A model generated the notes under the pieces. That model was not told where the DNA came from, did not search any database, and worked only from the letters and a program-made list of their open reading frames with translations. A stretch of 64,000 bases of DNA from positions 1 to 64,000 of the forward strand of contig JALUTT010000171.1 of NCBI GenBank assembly GCA_027021705.1, written 5' to 3'. The stretch's first letter is position 1. Each line of letters starts with the position of its first letter. Shown piece by piece: positions 30,492 through 39,950 of the stretch. This stretch comes from Anaerolineae bacterium. GTDB lineage: Bacteria > Chloroflexota > Anaerolineae > S140-20. Made by a program: the position numbers and the translations under genes.

Positions 30492-32591
30492 CTACTCAGC
30501 CTCGGCCGCCGCCGGCCTCGGCACCCCGCAGAACTGGTGGTAGTCAATGAGCTCCGTCACCGTGGGGTTCTCGCCGCAGACGGGGCAGTCGGGCGCGGGG
30601 GGCACCGAGACCTCCATGAACTCGCCGTCGAGGGCGTCGTAGAGGAGCAGCCGCCCGATCAGCGGTTCGCCGATCCCCAGGATGATCTTGATGGCCTCCA
30701 TAGCCTGGAGGCTGCCCATGATGCCGGGCAGGACCCCCAGGACGCCGGCCTCGGCGCAACTGGGCACCAGCCCCGGCGGGGGCGGCTCCGGGAAGAGGCA
30801 GCGGTAGCACGGCCCTCCCCGGGCCGGGTCGAAGACGGTCAACTGCCCCTCGAAGCGGAAGATGCTGGCGTCCACCAGCGGCTTCCCCAGCATCACGCAG
30901 GCGTCGTTCACCAGGTAGCGGGTGGGGAAGTTGTCGGAGCCGTTGATCACCACATCGTAGTCGCGCAGCACCTCGAAGGCGTTGGAGGAGTCCAGCAGCA
31001 GGTGATGGCCGACGACCTCGACATCGGGGTTGATGCTGTGCAGGGTCTCGGCTGCCGACTCCACCTTGGGCCGACCGATGTCCTCGGTCTTGTGGAGGAT
31101 CTGGCGCTGCAGGTTGCTCAGGTCCACCACGTCGTGGTCCACGATGCCGATGGTGCCCACGCCCGCCGCCGCCAGGTAGAAGGCGGCCGGCGACCCCAAG
31201 CCACCCGCGCCGATGATCACGGCCTTGGCCTCCAGGAGCTTGATCTGCCCCGCTTCGCCCACCTCGGGCAGGAGGAAGTGGCGGCTGTAGCGCACCCGCT
31301 GGGTGTCGGTGAGGACCTTGGGGATGACGAAGGGGAAGCCGGCCGACTTCCAAGCCTGGAAGCCGCCGACCAGTGACTCCACCCGCGTGTACCCCATCTG
31401 GCGCAGGGCGAGGGCGCCAAGGGCGGAGCGCACCCCACCGGCGCAGTAGACGACGATGGGCGCATCCCGGTCCGACACCAGCTCCTCGATGCGCAGCTCC
31501 AGGAAGCCGCGCGGGATGAAGTGGGCACCGGGGATGTGGCCCTGCTCCCACTCGTCCCGCTCCCGGATGTCCACCAGGTGAACGGGCTCACCGGCGTCCA
31601 GCCGGCGCTTCAGGGTGTGCACGTCCACCTCGGCGATCTGGCTGCGGGCCAGGGCCACCACCTCGTCGCGGGAGCGGCGCTTGAACTGGCCGTTGTCGGC
31701 GACGACCACCGCCCGTGGGGCGGGGGTGGCAGGCAGGCCGCAGGGGCCGACGGCCCCCTCGCCGGCCGGCACCTGCTCCCGAGCTTGGCCTTCGATGGGC
31801 AGGTCGGTCCGGCGGCTCCACTCAGCCCACGACCCCTCGTAGTTGCGCACCCGAGGGTAGCCCAGCCAGCGCAGGACCAGGTAGGTGTGGGAGGAGCGGG
31901 CACCCGTCTCACAGTAGACGACGATCTCCCGGTCCGGCGTGATCCCCCGTTCCTGGAAGAGGCGGTGCAGCTCCTCGGCGGGCCGGAGGGCGGGTGGTGC
32001 GGTGTCGGCCAGGACACTGTCGTAGGGGAGGTGGACCGCGCCGGGCAGCCGGCCGCTCTCGAACTCGGCCTCCGTCCGCACGTCCAGGAGGACGATGTCG
32101 GGATGGCCCAGGTGGGCGGCGATCCAGTTGGCCGTGGCCAGCTTGCTGCTCTCCGGTTCAGCGGCGTAGAGGGCCGGCTCCGGCGTGACCGTCTCGGTGC
32201 TCACCTCCCCGCCGGCCTCTTCCCAGGCTTCCCAGCCCCCCTCGAGGATGTACACCTTGGCGTGGCCGTAGTAGTCCAGGAGCCAGGCGAACTGGGCGGC
32301 CAGGGGGCCGAAGCCCTCGTCGTAGATGACGACCGGGGTCTCGCGGGTCAGCCCCAGGCGGCCCAGCACCTCCTCGGCGGCCGACTGGCCGACCAGCCGT
32401 CCGGGCACCCCGTTGACGGTGGTGAAGAGTTCCTGGAGGTCCAGGGAGACCGCTCCCGGCACGTGGCCGTAGGGGTAACCCAGTTCCAGGTCCGGTAGGG
32501 TGACGCGGAGGTCCACGATCCGTATCTCCGGGTCCGCCAGGCGGTCCTGCAGCCACGCCGCGTCCACCAGGTGGATGGGCCGCTTGGTCAT
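30492..32591 (-). CDS. triple-rhodanese / MoeB-ThiF (E1-like) fusion protein
   Basis: SseA-like tandem rhodanese (YCETGAR, YEGSWAEW), third rhodanese (YCAGGVRS), then RYSRH, GAGGLGS, SNLQRQ, CYRC, PSCAEAG, CPVC. Confidence 0.92.
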   Translation of the reverse strand: MTKRPIHLVDAAWLQDRLADPEIRIVDLRVTLPDLELGYPYGHVPGAVSLDLQELFTTVNGVPGRLVGQSAAEEVLGRLGLTRETPVVIYDEGFGPLAAQFAWLLDYYGHAKVYILEGGWEAWEEAGGEVSTETVTPEPALYAAEPESSKLATANWIAAHLGHPDIVLLDVRTEAEFESGRLPGAVHLPYDSVLADTAPPALRPAEELHRLFQERGITPDREIVVYCETGARSSHTYLVLRWLGYPRVRNYEGSWAEWSRRTDLPIEGQAREQVPAGEGAVGPCGLPATPAPRAVVVADNGQFKRRSRDEVVALARSQIAEVDVHTLKRRLDAGEPVHLVDIRERDEWEQGHIPGAHFIPRGFLELRIEELVSDRDAPIVVYCAGGVRSALGALALRQMGYTRVESLVGGFQAWKSAGFPFVIPKVLTDTQRVRYSRHFLLPEVGEAGQIKLLEAKAVIIGAGGLGSPAAFYLAAAGVGTIGIVDHDVVDLSNLQRQILHKTEDIGRPKVESAAETLHSINPDVEVVGHHLLLDSSNAFEVLRDYDVVINGSDNFPTRYLVNDACVMLGKPLVDASIFRFEGQLTVFDPARGGPCYRCLFPEPPPPGLVPSCAEAGVLGVLPGIMGSLQAMEAIKIILGIGEPLIGRLLLYDALDGEFMEVSVPPAPDCPVCGENPTVTELIDYHQFCGVPRPAAAEAE

Positions 32592-32812
32592 GATGACACC
32601 TCCCGGGTCAGGGTGATGACCCACTCAGGGTTTCCCGTCTGCTCGATCTTCACGCTGAACCCCCGGCGTCGGGCCTGGGTGGGGATGCTCTCCAGGGCCG
32701 GCGCGTGGTCGGTGATCACCTCCAGGACTTCGCCCTCGGGCAGCCGTTTCATCGCTTCAACCGCTTTGAGCATCGGGTAAGGGCAGATCTCGCCTCGCAC
32801 GTCCAATCGCAT
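32588..32812 (-). CDS. TusA/SirA-family sulfur carrier (YeeD/YedF-like)
   Basis: LDVRGEICPYP motif; GAGGAGG RBS. Confidence 0.9.
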   Translation of the reverse strand: MRLDVRGEICPYPMLKAVEAMKRLPEGEVLEVITDHAPALESIPTQARRRGFSVKIEQTGNPEWVITLTREVSS

Positions 32813-32834
32813 CGTCTTCCTCCTCATTGTGGTT

Positions 32835-34328
32835 TCAGGGTAGTCGTCGGATGATCTGAACGCCGATCCAGGCCCCGCCAACCAGCCCCAGCCCGAAGAC
32901 CCAGCCGTTGAGGGCCAGGGAGGGGATGGCGGAGAAGAAGCCGCCGATGTTGCACCCCATGGCCAGGCGAGCGCCGTAGCCCATAAGCAGCCCTCCGCTG
33001 AAGGTCTGCAGGTAGCGGTAGCGGCGGCGGGGGAAGCGGAGTTTGAACTCACCGGCCAAGAGGGCGGCGGTGAAGGCTCCGAAAATGAGCCCCCAGTTCA
33101 GCAGCGTGCCGCCACTCAGCCAGGGGATATGGCTCAGCAGTTCCTTGCCGGCCGGCTTGTCACCGAAGTAGAGCAGGTTCTGGGCCGGATAGCCCAGGGT
33201 GTAGGCGACCCATCCCGCCCAGCGGGAGACGGCGGTGGTGATCCCCCACGGCTTTTTGTACAGGTACTCGAAGATGTTGAGCATTCCTAGAGCCAAGCCG
33301 CCGGCGGCCGCGGGCCAGGCTCGCACGAAGATCTGCTGCCAGCCGACGCGCAGGCGGTCGGCGAAGGTGCGGACCGGCCCGGTCGGCTCCTCCCAGGTGG
33401 AGATGCCACCGGCCCGGCTCTCCCACCAGACGATCAACAGGTAGAAGCCGAAGAGGACGATGAGGGTGAGGACAAGGGCGGGGCCCCATCCCAGCGCCCG
33501 GGGGAACCAGAACTTGGGCTGTCGGGAGATGACGTTGGGCCACCACCACTCCCAGTGTAGGGCCAGGACGAAAGAGCCGGCGATCATCCCCACCAGGGCG
33601 ACCCACTGAGCCACGTAGCCCTCGCCCATCCGGTAGAGGGTGCCCGAGGCGCACCCACCGGCGACGACCATCCCGGTGCCGAAAAGCAGGCCCCCCAGCA
33701 GGGTGTGCCAGCCGGTGGGGTAGACGTTGCCGGCCATCCCCTGGGTCGGGTCGGGCACCGCCTTGTACATAATGAGCGTGAAGCCGACGGTGGCAATGGC
33801 CAGGCCGACGATCACCCCTTTCATCAGGCGGCCATCCTGGAGCAGGAAGAGGTCCCGGAAGGCCGAGGTGAAGCAGAAGCGGCTCCGCTGGACCACGAAG
33901 CCGAAGGCCAGGCCAAAGGTCCAGAAGATGGCCAGGGAGGTGCTAATCCGGGCGTAGAAGAGGAGCACCAGCAGTGCCCCCACGGTGGCCAAGAGGCCGT
34001 AGAGGATGTGCCGCCGGATGCCGGGCAGGATGGGAAGGGTGGACGCTTTGGCCGTCGCCCCACCGGCCACGGCAGGCACCAGGGTGACCTTGTCGTCAGG
34101 TTGGAGCGGGGTGGCCAGGCCCTGCAGAGCGCGGGCGTCCTGGCCGTTGACGAAGAAGCGGACGTAGGGTCGGAGTTGACCGGTCTCGTCCAGCAGGTGG
34201 ACGCGGAGGTCAGGGAACCGCTCGCTCACCTCTGCGACGAGAGCGCCCAGCTCGTCGGCGGTGACCTCCACCTGGGCCTGACCTTCGGTCATCCGACGCA
34301 GGAATGTGGGAAAGTACAAGGTTGCCAT
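32835..34328 (-). CDS. MoaD/CysO ubiquitin-like domain fused to YeeE/YedE-family transporter
   Basis: aa 1-90 beta-grasp ending VPAVAGG with no stop; then QRSRFCF, GGCASG and GCNIG YeeE motifs. Confidence 0.9.
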   Translation of the reverse strand: MATLYFPTFLRRMTEGQAQVEVTADELGALVAEVSERFPDLRVHLLDETGQLRPYVRFFVNGQDARALQGLATPLQPDDKVTLVPAVAGGATAKASTLPILPGIRRHILYGLLATVGALLVLLFYARISTSLAIFWTFGLAFGFVVQRSRFCFTSAFRDLFLLQDGRLMKGVIVGLAIATVGFTLIMYKAVPDPTQGMAGNVYPTGWHTLLGGLLFGTGMVVAGGCASGTLYRMGEGYVAQWVALVGMIAGSFVLALHWEWWWPNVISRQPKFWFPRALGWGPALVLTLIVLFGFYLLIVWWESRAGGISTWEEPTGPVRTFADRLRVGWQQIFVRAWPAAAGGLALGMLNIFEYLYKKPWGITTAVSRWAGWVAYTLGYPAQNLLYFGDKPAGKELLSHIPWLSGGTLLNWGLIFGAFTAALLAGEFKLRFPRRRYRYLQTFSGGLLMGYGARLAMGCNIGGFFSAIPSLALNGWVFGLGLVGGAWIGVQIIRRLP

Positions 34329-34372
34329 AGTCGTTCCCTCCTTGCAAGTCGTTTGGCAGATCTACCAGATGC

Positions 34373-34405
34373 AAAAAAGCCCATCGCCACGAGGACGCGA
34401 TGAGC
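34373..34405 (-). terminator. intrinsic terminator within the 5' leader (attenuator-like)
   Basis: GCTCATCGC-N9-GCGATGGGC followed by TTTTTT, ~45 nt before ATG 34328. Confidence 0.75.
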
Positions 34406-34789
34406 TCGCAAGGAGGCATAGGCAGTCGCCCCACCGATCGCTGTTACGTCGGGTTCTAACAGGCCACCCCGCCCTCTCGGGAGAAGATCGGCCTGCCGGG
34501 GCTGGTATGGGGTTGGCAGGGCTCGCGCACCTGGTGATGTGGGGCCTGCTCACTCCATGCGGCTCATCGCATCAGACCCAGGGACGCGGGCACAGACGGC
34601 AAAGGGCCGACAGCTTCGGGCCGCCGTCTCAACCGCCGACGGCCGGCTGTCGGACACCGTCTGGGCCCGCCGGGTACAGATGCACTTGAGCGCGGTGAAG
34701 GACGTCCCTCGATTGTCCTTCATCCGAGTGAGCCAGGTCCACGTCATTACGGGATCGCTCCAGAGATCGGGAGTGGAATTTGCGCCCGA

Positions 34790-34818
34790 ATTATAGCGCA
34801 GTTTGCCCAATCTGTCCA
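34790..34818 (-). promoter_or_regulatory. sigma-70 promoter for the Ubl-YeeE operon
   Basis: TGGACA-N17-TATAAT. Confidence 0.7.
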
Positions 34819-34824
34819 GCCGAA

Positions 34825-35394
34825 TTAGTCGGTTTGGGAGAGCAAATCCCGGATAACGGCGTCCAATTCGCCCGGCATGAACGGCCCAACCTTGGTCAGA
34901 ACGATGTACCCCTCCCGGTCAATGACGAAGGTCTCGGGGACCCCGGTGATGCGGTAGGCGGCGGAGATGCGCCCTTGTAGGTCGGGGCCGTTGGGATAGG
35001 TGATGTCGAACTCCTCCAAGTAGGCGCGGGCCTTGCTCTCGATGTCCACGTAGTCCACGCCCAGGAGCACGACTCCCTGATCCCGGTACTTGCGCCACAC
35101 CGCTTCCAGCTCGGGAGCCTCCCGGCGGCACTCGACGCACCAGGAGGCCCAGAAGTTGACGACGACGATCCGTCCGCGCAGTTGGGAGAGGGTGACCTCG
35201 CCACTGGTGAACTCGTTTTCGTAGCCGCTGAAGATGGGCAGCGTGAAGTCGGGGGCCAGGCCCGACTCCGGCCGGCCCTGGGCCTGACGGACGAGCCCCC
35301 AGCCCAGGAGTCCCAACAGCGTGAAGATGCTCACCCAGACCAACAGACGACCGATCCGCAGGCGGGCGCTCGGTCGCGTGGCGTTCTCGCTCAT
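34825..35394 (-). CDS. TlpA/CcmG-family membrane-anchored thiol:disulfide oxidoreductase
   Basis: APDFTL, VVNFWASWCVEC, GVPETFVID. Confidence 0.92.
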   Translation of the reverse strand: MSENATRPSARLRIGRLLVWVSIFTLLGLLGWGLVRQAQGRPESGLAPDFTLPIFSGYENEFTSGEVTLSQLRGRIVVVNFWASWCVECRREAPELEAVWRKYRDQGVVLLGVDYVDIESKARAYLEEFDITYPNGPDLQGRISAAYRITGVPETFVIDREGYIVLTKVGPFMPGELDAVIRDLLSQTD

Positions 35395-35397
35395 CGC

Positions 35398-36441
35398 TCA
35401 CCTCCGGGTCGTCTCCAGCCAGAAGGCACCCACGTAGAGGGTCAGCACGCGCCGCAGCACCGGCGGCCAGCGGACGAGGGCCATCACCCCCAGGACCAGG
35501 GGGAGGGGCAGCCGGGGGAGCACCCGCTGGGCCAGGCAGAGCAGGGCGTAGCCAGAACGGCGAGCAGCTACGAGGCGGCGGTAGGCCTCCCGTCCCTCCT
35601 CCAGGGTGATCTCACCCTCCAGGACCTGGCGCAGCAGGCGGCCCAGTTGGGTTCCGAAGAAGAGGGCAGGGCGGATCCCCTCGCCTGTGAGCCCCATGCA
35701 CTGACCGGCGGCATCTCCCACCAGGAAGAGGTCGCCGATCACCGGATCGCGCAGGGCGTAGGGGAAGTAGCCGCCGTGGACGCCGTCCCGCTGCACCCCC
35801 AGGCTGCTCAGGAAGCGGTCCAGACCATTGCCCAGGCGGGTCTCCCCCCGATAGCTGGCGATGCCGATACGGGTGAGGTCGCCGATGGGGAAGGCCCAGG
35901 TGACCCCCATAGGGAGCAGCCGGCGGGGGTCATACCAGAAGTGTAGCCCGTCATCCCGATAGGCCGCCGTCGTCTCGATGCCGAAGTTCAGCCGATCCCG
36001 GCGCACCAACGCGGGGTGGAGCCGTCGGCCCAGCACAGCCCGCCAGCCCGAAGCATCCACGATCAGGTCCCCCTGGAAGGTGCCTTGGGAGGTCCGCACC
36101 CGATCCCCCTCTAGGTCCAGCGTGGCGGCCAGGACGAACTCGGCATCCCCCTGCTCCCGCAGGAGGTGACAGAGGCGGGCGTAGTCGAAGGTGCAGAAGG
36201 GCTTGTCCATCGGGTAGACGAAGGTCCGTCCCGCCGAGTGGATCACCAGACGGTCGTGGACTTGGAGGATGGATTCCTCCAGCCCCAGAGCCTGGAGGGT
36301 GTTGACCAGCGTCCCGCAGGCCGAGGTCTGGCCGGTGCCGATAGGTTTGCGGTCCAGCAGGAGCACCCGTCGGCCTCGGAGCTGGGCGGCGACGGCCAGC
36401 CCGGCGAAGCTGGCCCCGGCGATGATCACCTCGTAGCGCAT
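35398..36441 (-). CDS. FAD-dependent oxidoreductase (geranylgeranyl reductase-like)
   Basis: IIAGASFAG, VDASG, W.FP, LVGDAAG...TGEGI. Confidence 0.8.
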   Translation of the reverse strand: MRYEVIIAGASFAGLAVAAQLRGRRVLLLDRKPIGTGQTSACGTLVNTLQALGLEESILQVHDRLVIHSAGRTFVYPMDKPFCTFDYARLCHLLREQGDAEFVLAATLDLEGDRVRTSQGTFQGDLIVDASGWRAVLGRRLHPALVRRDRLNFGIETTAAYRDDGLHFWYDPRRLLPMGVTWAFPIGDLTRIGIASYRGETRLGNGLDRFLSSLGVQRDGVHGGYFPYALRDPVIGDLFLVGDAAGQCMGLTGEGIRPALFFGTQLGRLLRQVLEGEITLEEGREAYRRLVAARRSGYALLCLAQRVLPRLPLPLVLGVMALVRWPPVLRRVLTLYVGAFWLETTRR

Positions 36442-36478
36442 CGTCTCACAGCCTTGTGGCCCGGTTCGGGCCCTGCCT

Positions 36479-36955
36479 TCATCGCCCTTTGTTCACCAAG
36501 GAGTACCCGGCCGCCTTCCAGGCGATCATCCCGCCGTCCAGGTTCCAGACGTCGGTGTAGCCCAGTTTGACCAGCGTGCGGGCGGCGACGGCGCTCATAC
36601 CCCCGCTACGGCAGTAGACCACAAGCCGGGCTCCCTTGTCGGCAGGCAACTGATCCAGGTTCTGCTCGATCTCGTTGAAAGGGATGAAGAGGTCGGTTCC
36701 TTCGATCTCCCCCTCGTAGGGGACGTGGACGTTGATGAGGGGGAAGTCCTTCTCCTTCAGCATCGCGGCCAGGCCGGCGGCGCTGACGTCGGTGTAACTG
36801 CCACCTCCCTCCACCGGCACTTTCTGGGTCTCCGAAGCCAGGTCAACGGATCCCGATGGGAAGGCGGGGGTGGTCTTCGGGCTACTACAGGCCGCCACGA
36901 CGAAGAGGACGGCGAGCAGGATGAGCAAGAGGGTCAAGCCTTTAGGTTTGGTCAT
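36479..36955 (-). CDS. rhodanese-domain lipoprotein
   Basis: VAAC lipobox, YCRSG, NLDGGMIAW. Confidence 0.88.
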   Translation of the reverse strand: MTKPKGLTLLLILLAVLFVVAACSSPKTTPAFPSGSVDLASETQKVPVEGGGSYTDVSAAGLAAMLKEKDFPLINVHVPYEGEIEGTDLFIPFNEIEQNLDQLPADKGARLVVYCRSGGMSAVAARTLVKLGYTDVWNLDGGMIAWKAAGYSLVNKGR

Positions 36956-37631
36956 CGGTTGTCACTCCCAGAGCGCGTTCTTCGGTGATCTCTCCCTGCA
37001 GGGCCTGGAGTTCCTGGCGGGTTCGCAGGGCTTCCAGCTCCGTGATCTTGGCTTCCAGGGTTCCCCGCAGTTCGTCGAGCCGGGTCAGGTCTGCCTGGAG
37101 GGCCTGGGCCTGGGCTTCCAGCCGGGCCCGGGTCTCCAGCAGTTCCTGCTTTTCCATCAAGTAGCGGCGTGCTAGGGCTTCGTCGGTCGCCACCACCCGG
37201 CGGGCGGCTTCCTCCCGCTTCTGAATGCGGGCCGCTACGTCCTCGATCTGCTCCCGCAGCGAGGCGAGCACCTGGGCGGAGGCCTCCCGTGCCTCCTCCA
37301 GTTGGGCGATCCGGGCGCGGAGCTGCCGCAGGGCGGCCTCTTCCTCACTTTCTCGGCGCCGGAGCCGGCCTTTCCGCCGGCGTTCGTAGCGCAGCACCGC
37401 CAAGTCCACGGGCCGGAGCTGGCCTCGGGCGGCCAGCTCCTTGAGGGCGCTGAAGGTCTCCTCGTCTATCTCGCCCCGCCCGTACATCTCGTAGAGCTGT
37501 TCCTGGAGCGAGGGGCCGGAGGGCTGCGGCTGCCCCATCGGACGGTGGACGGCCTGGCGTCGGGAGCGGTTGTCCCGCACCAGGGTGTCCGCCAGGTCGA
37601 AGAGCCGGAACAGGTCTGGGCCACATCCCAT
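36942..37631 (-). CDS. SHOCT-like + PspA-like coiled-coil protein
   Basis: YGRGEIDEETF then a long coiled coil; directly follows pspA. Confidence 0.7.
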   Translation of the reverse strand: MGCGPDLFRLFDLADTLVRDNRSRRQAVHRPMGQPQPSGPSLQEQLYEMYGRGEIDEETFSALKELAARGQLRPVDLAVLRYERRRKGRLRRRESEEEAALRQLRARIAQLEEAREASAQVLASLREQIEDVAARIQKREEAARRVVATDEALARRYLMEKQELLETRARLEAQAQALQADLTRLDELRGTLEAKITELEALRTRQELQALQGEITEERALGVTTDDQT

Positions 37632-37656
37632 CAGGTCCCCTCCTTCTCGTGCTCCC

Positions 37657-38361
37657 TCACGACGTGGTCACCTCCCGCTTGAGCCGGGCCAGTTCGGCCT
37701 CGACAGCCTCGGAGCGGGTGATGCGGGCCAGTTCGCGGTCAATCATGTCCATCCCAGGCTCCAGCACGTTCTCGAGGGTGCCGGTGGCGATCAACTCTTC
37801 GATGACCTCCGCCCGGGCCTGCATCTGCTGGATGCGCTCTTCAGCCCGTTGGATCACCCGCCCCACATCGGACAGCTCCTTGGAGACGCCGCTGAGCGCT
37901 TCCTGCACCTTCAGTTGGGCCTGGGCCGAATCGTAGACGGCCTTCAGCTCTTCCCTTTTGCTACGGAAGAGCTCGATCCGCGTGCGCAGGCTGGCCTGAG
38001 CCGTCTTCAGGCTCTCCAGTTGCTGTTCCAGGCTGGCGATGTTGGCCTCCAGTTCCTCCTGGCGGGCCAGGGCGAACTGTTTGCGCTCCAGGGCCAGCTT
38101 CGCCAGGTCCTCCCGGCCCTTCAGCAGGGCGGTCCTGGCCTGTTCCTCGTAGCGCTCGATGGCCGTGGCCAGGGCGTTCCGCTGACTCTCCAGCTTGTGC
38201 TTGGCGGTCGCTACCTCGACCAGGCTCTGGTTGATCTGACGCAGGTTCTCCTGGAGCCGGCTCAGGCTGTAGTCCAGGCTTGCCTTGGGGTCCTCCAGGT
38301 CATCCAGGGCCTTGTGGGCCCGAGCCCGGAAGATCGCTTTGAGTCGAGCCAGCAGTCCCAT
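37657..38361 (-). CDS. pspA: PspA/IM30 family protein
   Basis: MGLLARL...LEDP, GREDLAKLALERK, terminal VEAELARLK. Confidence 0.88.
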   Translation of the reverse strand: MGLLARLKAIFRARAHKALDDLEDPKASLDYSLSRLQENLRQINQSLVEVATAKHKLESQRNALATAIERYEEQARTALLKGREDLAKLALERKQFALARQEELEANIASLEQQLESLKTAQASLRTRIELFRSKREELKAVYDSAQAQLKVQEALSGVSKELSDVGRVIQRAEERIQQMQARAEVIEELIATGTLENVLEPGMDMIDRELARITRSEAVEAELARLKREVTTS

Positions 38362-38390
38362 CGTTCGTACCTCCTCGGTCCCTGAGGGTC

Positions 38391-38642
38391 CTACGCGGAC
38401 TCCTCAAGGGTGCTGCCGCAGTAGGGGCAGATGGCCCAGTCTACATTCACGGCCCGGTGGCAGGAGGGGCACGACCGCTTCAGCGGGGTGCCACAGCGGG
38501 GGCAGAGGATGAAGTCGGCTTCAACGGGACTGCCACAGTTGGGACAGGATTGGGCGATTTCGGCCACCTGTGTCCCCGGTTTGGGGTCGTGAGTCTCTTG
38601 GTGAGCGGTGTGTCTGGTGTGGGAATGTCCTCCACAGCACAT
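38391..38642 (-). CDS. double zinc-ribbon protein with N-terminal CCGGH/His-rich segment
   Basis: four CxxC pairs; AAGGAGG RBS before ATG 38642. Confidence 0.8.
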   Translation of the reverse strand: MCCGGHSHTRHTAHQETHDPKPGTQVAEIAQSCPNCGSPVEADFILCPRCGTPLKRSCPSCHRAVNVDWAICPYCGSTLEESA

Positions 38643-38758
38643 AGTGGGTGCCTCCTTAGCTAGTTGTCGGATTTGAGCGTGACCGAGACGGGGGGTGTAG
38701 GGCGACCGATCGGTCGCCCCACTCCCCTGACGGGTTCCGGCCCCACTCGTCTGCTTTG

Positions 38759-38823
38759 AGTATAACATCGGTGCGGTGGGACCGGTAGCGCCATTTGGTC
38801 CGTCAGGCGTAGGCCATTTTGCG
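38759..38823 (-). promoter_or_regulatory. promoter with paired boxes (zinc ribbon-pspA operon)
   Basis: -10 TATACT; CGCCATTTGGTC at 38789 and GGCCATTTTGCG at 38812. Confidence 0.65.
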
Positions 38824-38832
38824 CATTGGCCG

Positions 38833-39201
38833 CTAGACGAGACTCTCACCACAGTAGGGGCAGAGCTGCCAGTCCTCCTGGACCGTCCTCCCGCAACTGG
38901 GGCAGGTCTTCCCCGGAGGGGATGCCGGGGGCGGGGCGGGTGGACCGGCCTGGATGCCGCCGGCCAATCGGATCAGCCAGACGACGCCCAGGATCAGCAG
39001 GACCAGGAATCCCAAGGGGAAGACCATCATTAGGAAGAAGCCGGGCCATCCCCACCCCCAGGAGCCGGTCATCCCCCAGCCCCCCATCATGCCGGGGCCC
39101 ATCATCCCGCCCCAACTCCAGAAGGAGAAAAGGCTGAGGCCCAGGAGCAGGACCAGGAGGAGGACGATGCCGATGGCGATGATCTGATTGATCCGGTTCA
39201 T
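38833..39201 (-). CDS. membrane protein with Gly/Met-rich loop and C-terminal zinc ribbon
   Basis: two TM segments, GGMMGPGMMGG, CPSC...CPYC. Confidence 0.8.
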   Translation of the reverse strand: MNRINQIIAIGIVLLLVLLLGLSLFSFWSWGGMMGPGMMGGWGMTGSWGWGWPGFFLMMVFPLGFLVLLILGVVWLIRLAGGIQAGPPAPPPASPPGKTCPSCGRTVQEDWQLCPYCGESLV

Positions 39202-39602
39202 CGTCCCTCCAGAGACTCGAGCGCCCGCTGGAGCCGCGTGCGGGCCTCCAGGGCCACCGGCTCCAGGTCGGGGTTCCCCACCACACTCATCATCACCACG
39301 GGGTCTACGATGGCGACCGTGCTCCCACCGTCCGCCTCGTAGACGATGACGTTGCAGGGCAGGAGCAGCCCGATCTCCAGCTCGGTCTGCAGCGCCTGGT
39401 GGGCGAGGGGTGGGTTACAAGCCCCCAGGATGACGTAGCGGCGGAAGTCCGCGTCCAGCTTCTGCTTCAGGGTCGCTTTGACATCAATCTCGGTCAGGAT
39501 GCCGAACCCTTCTTTCTTCAGGGCGGCGGTCACTTCTTCGACGGCCTGCTCGTAGGGTAGGCTCAGCGTTGTGCGAAAGGCATACTCGGTTGTGTGTCCC
39601 AT
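39198..39602 (-). CDS. DUF302 domain protein
   Basis: EGFGILTEID, YVILGACNP, GLLLPCNV. Confidence 0.88.
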   Translation of the reverse strand: MGHTTEYAFRTTLSLPYEQAVEEVTAALKKEGFGILTEIDVKATLKQKLDADFRRYVILGACNPPLAHQALQTELEIGLLLPCNVIVYEADGGSTVAIVDPVVMMSVVGNPDLEPVALEARTRLQRALESLEGR

Positions 39603-39677
39603 CTTTCTTGCTCCTTGTGTTTGTCTCTGCTCTTCTTGTCGTTGGAATGCGCTCGTTGCACCCTGCCCCTGGGTTCG

Positions 39678-39950
39678 CTAGCGGGGTAGGTTGTCCGAAG
39701 CAGCTTCTAGGTCGCGGCGTATCGCTTCGTACTCCGCTTTGGAGATCTCTCCCTGGACGTAGCGTCGCCGGAGGATGGCCAGAGGAGACTCCGGCGTGCT
39801 CTCCTGCTCCGGCGGTGTGGACCGGGGCGGTGCGCTGCTCGTCACCCGGGGGAAGAGACTGCTCAGCAGCCAGATGGCCAGGGCGGTGATGACCACCCAG
39901 AAGATGATCATAAACACGAAGCCAAAGCCACCAAAGCCGAATCCCATCAT
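39678..39950 (-). CDS. SHOCT-domain small membrane protein
   Basis: one TM; PLAILRRRYVQGEISKAEYE. Confidence 0.82.
   Translation of the reverse strand: MMGFGFGGFGFVFMIIFWVVITALAIWLLSSLFPRVTSSAPPRSTPPEQESTPESPLAILRRRYVQGEISKAEYEAIRRDLEAASDNLPR

Noticed and set aside
34430..34670. Canonical T-box or SAM-I riboswitch call
   Set aside because: No GGTGGNACC T-box bulge or SAM-I core visible; kept only as an unclassified leader
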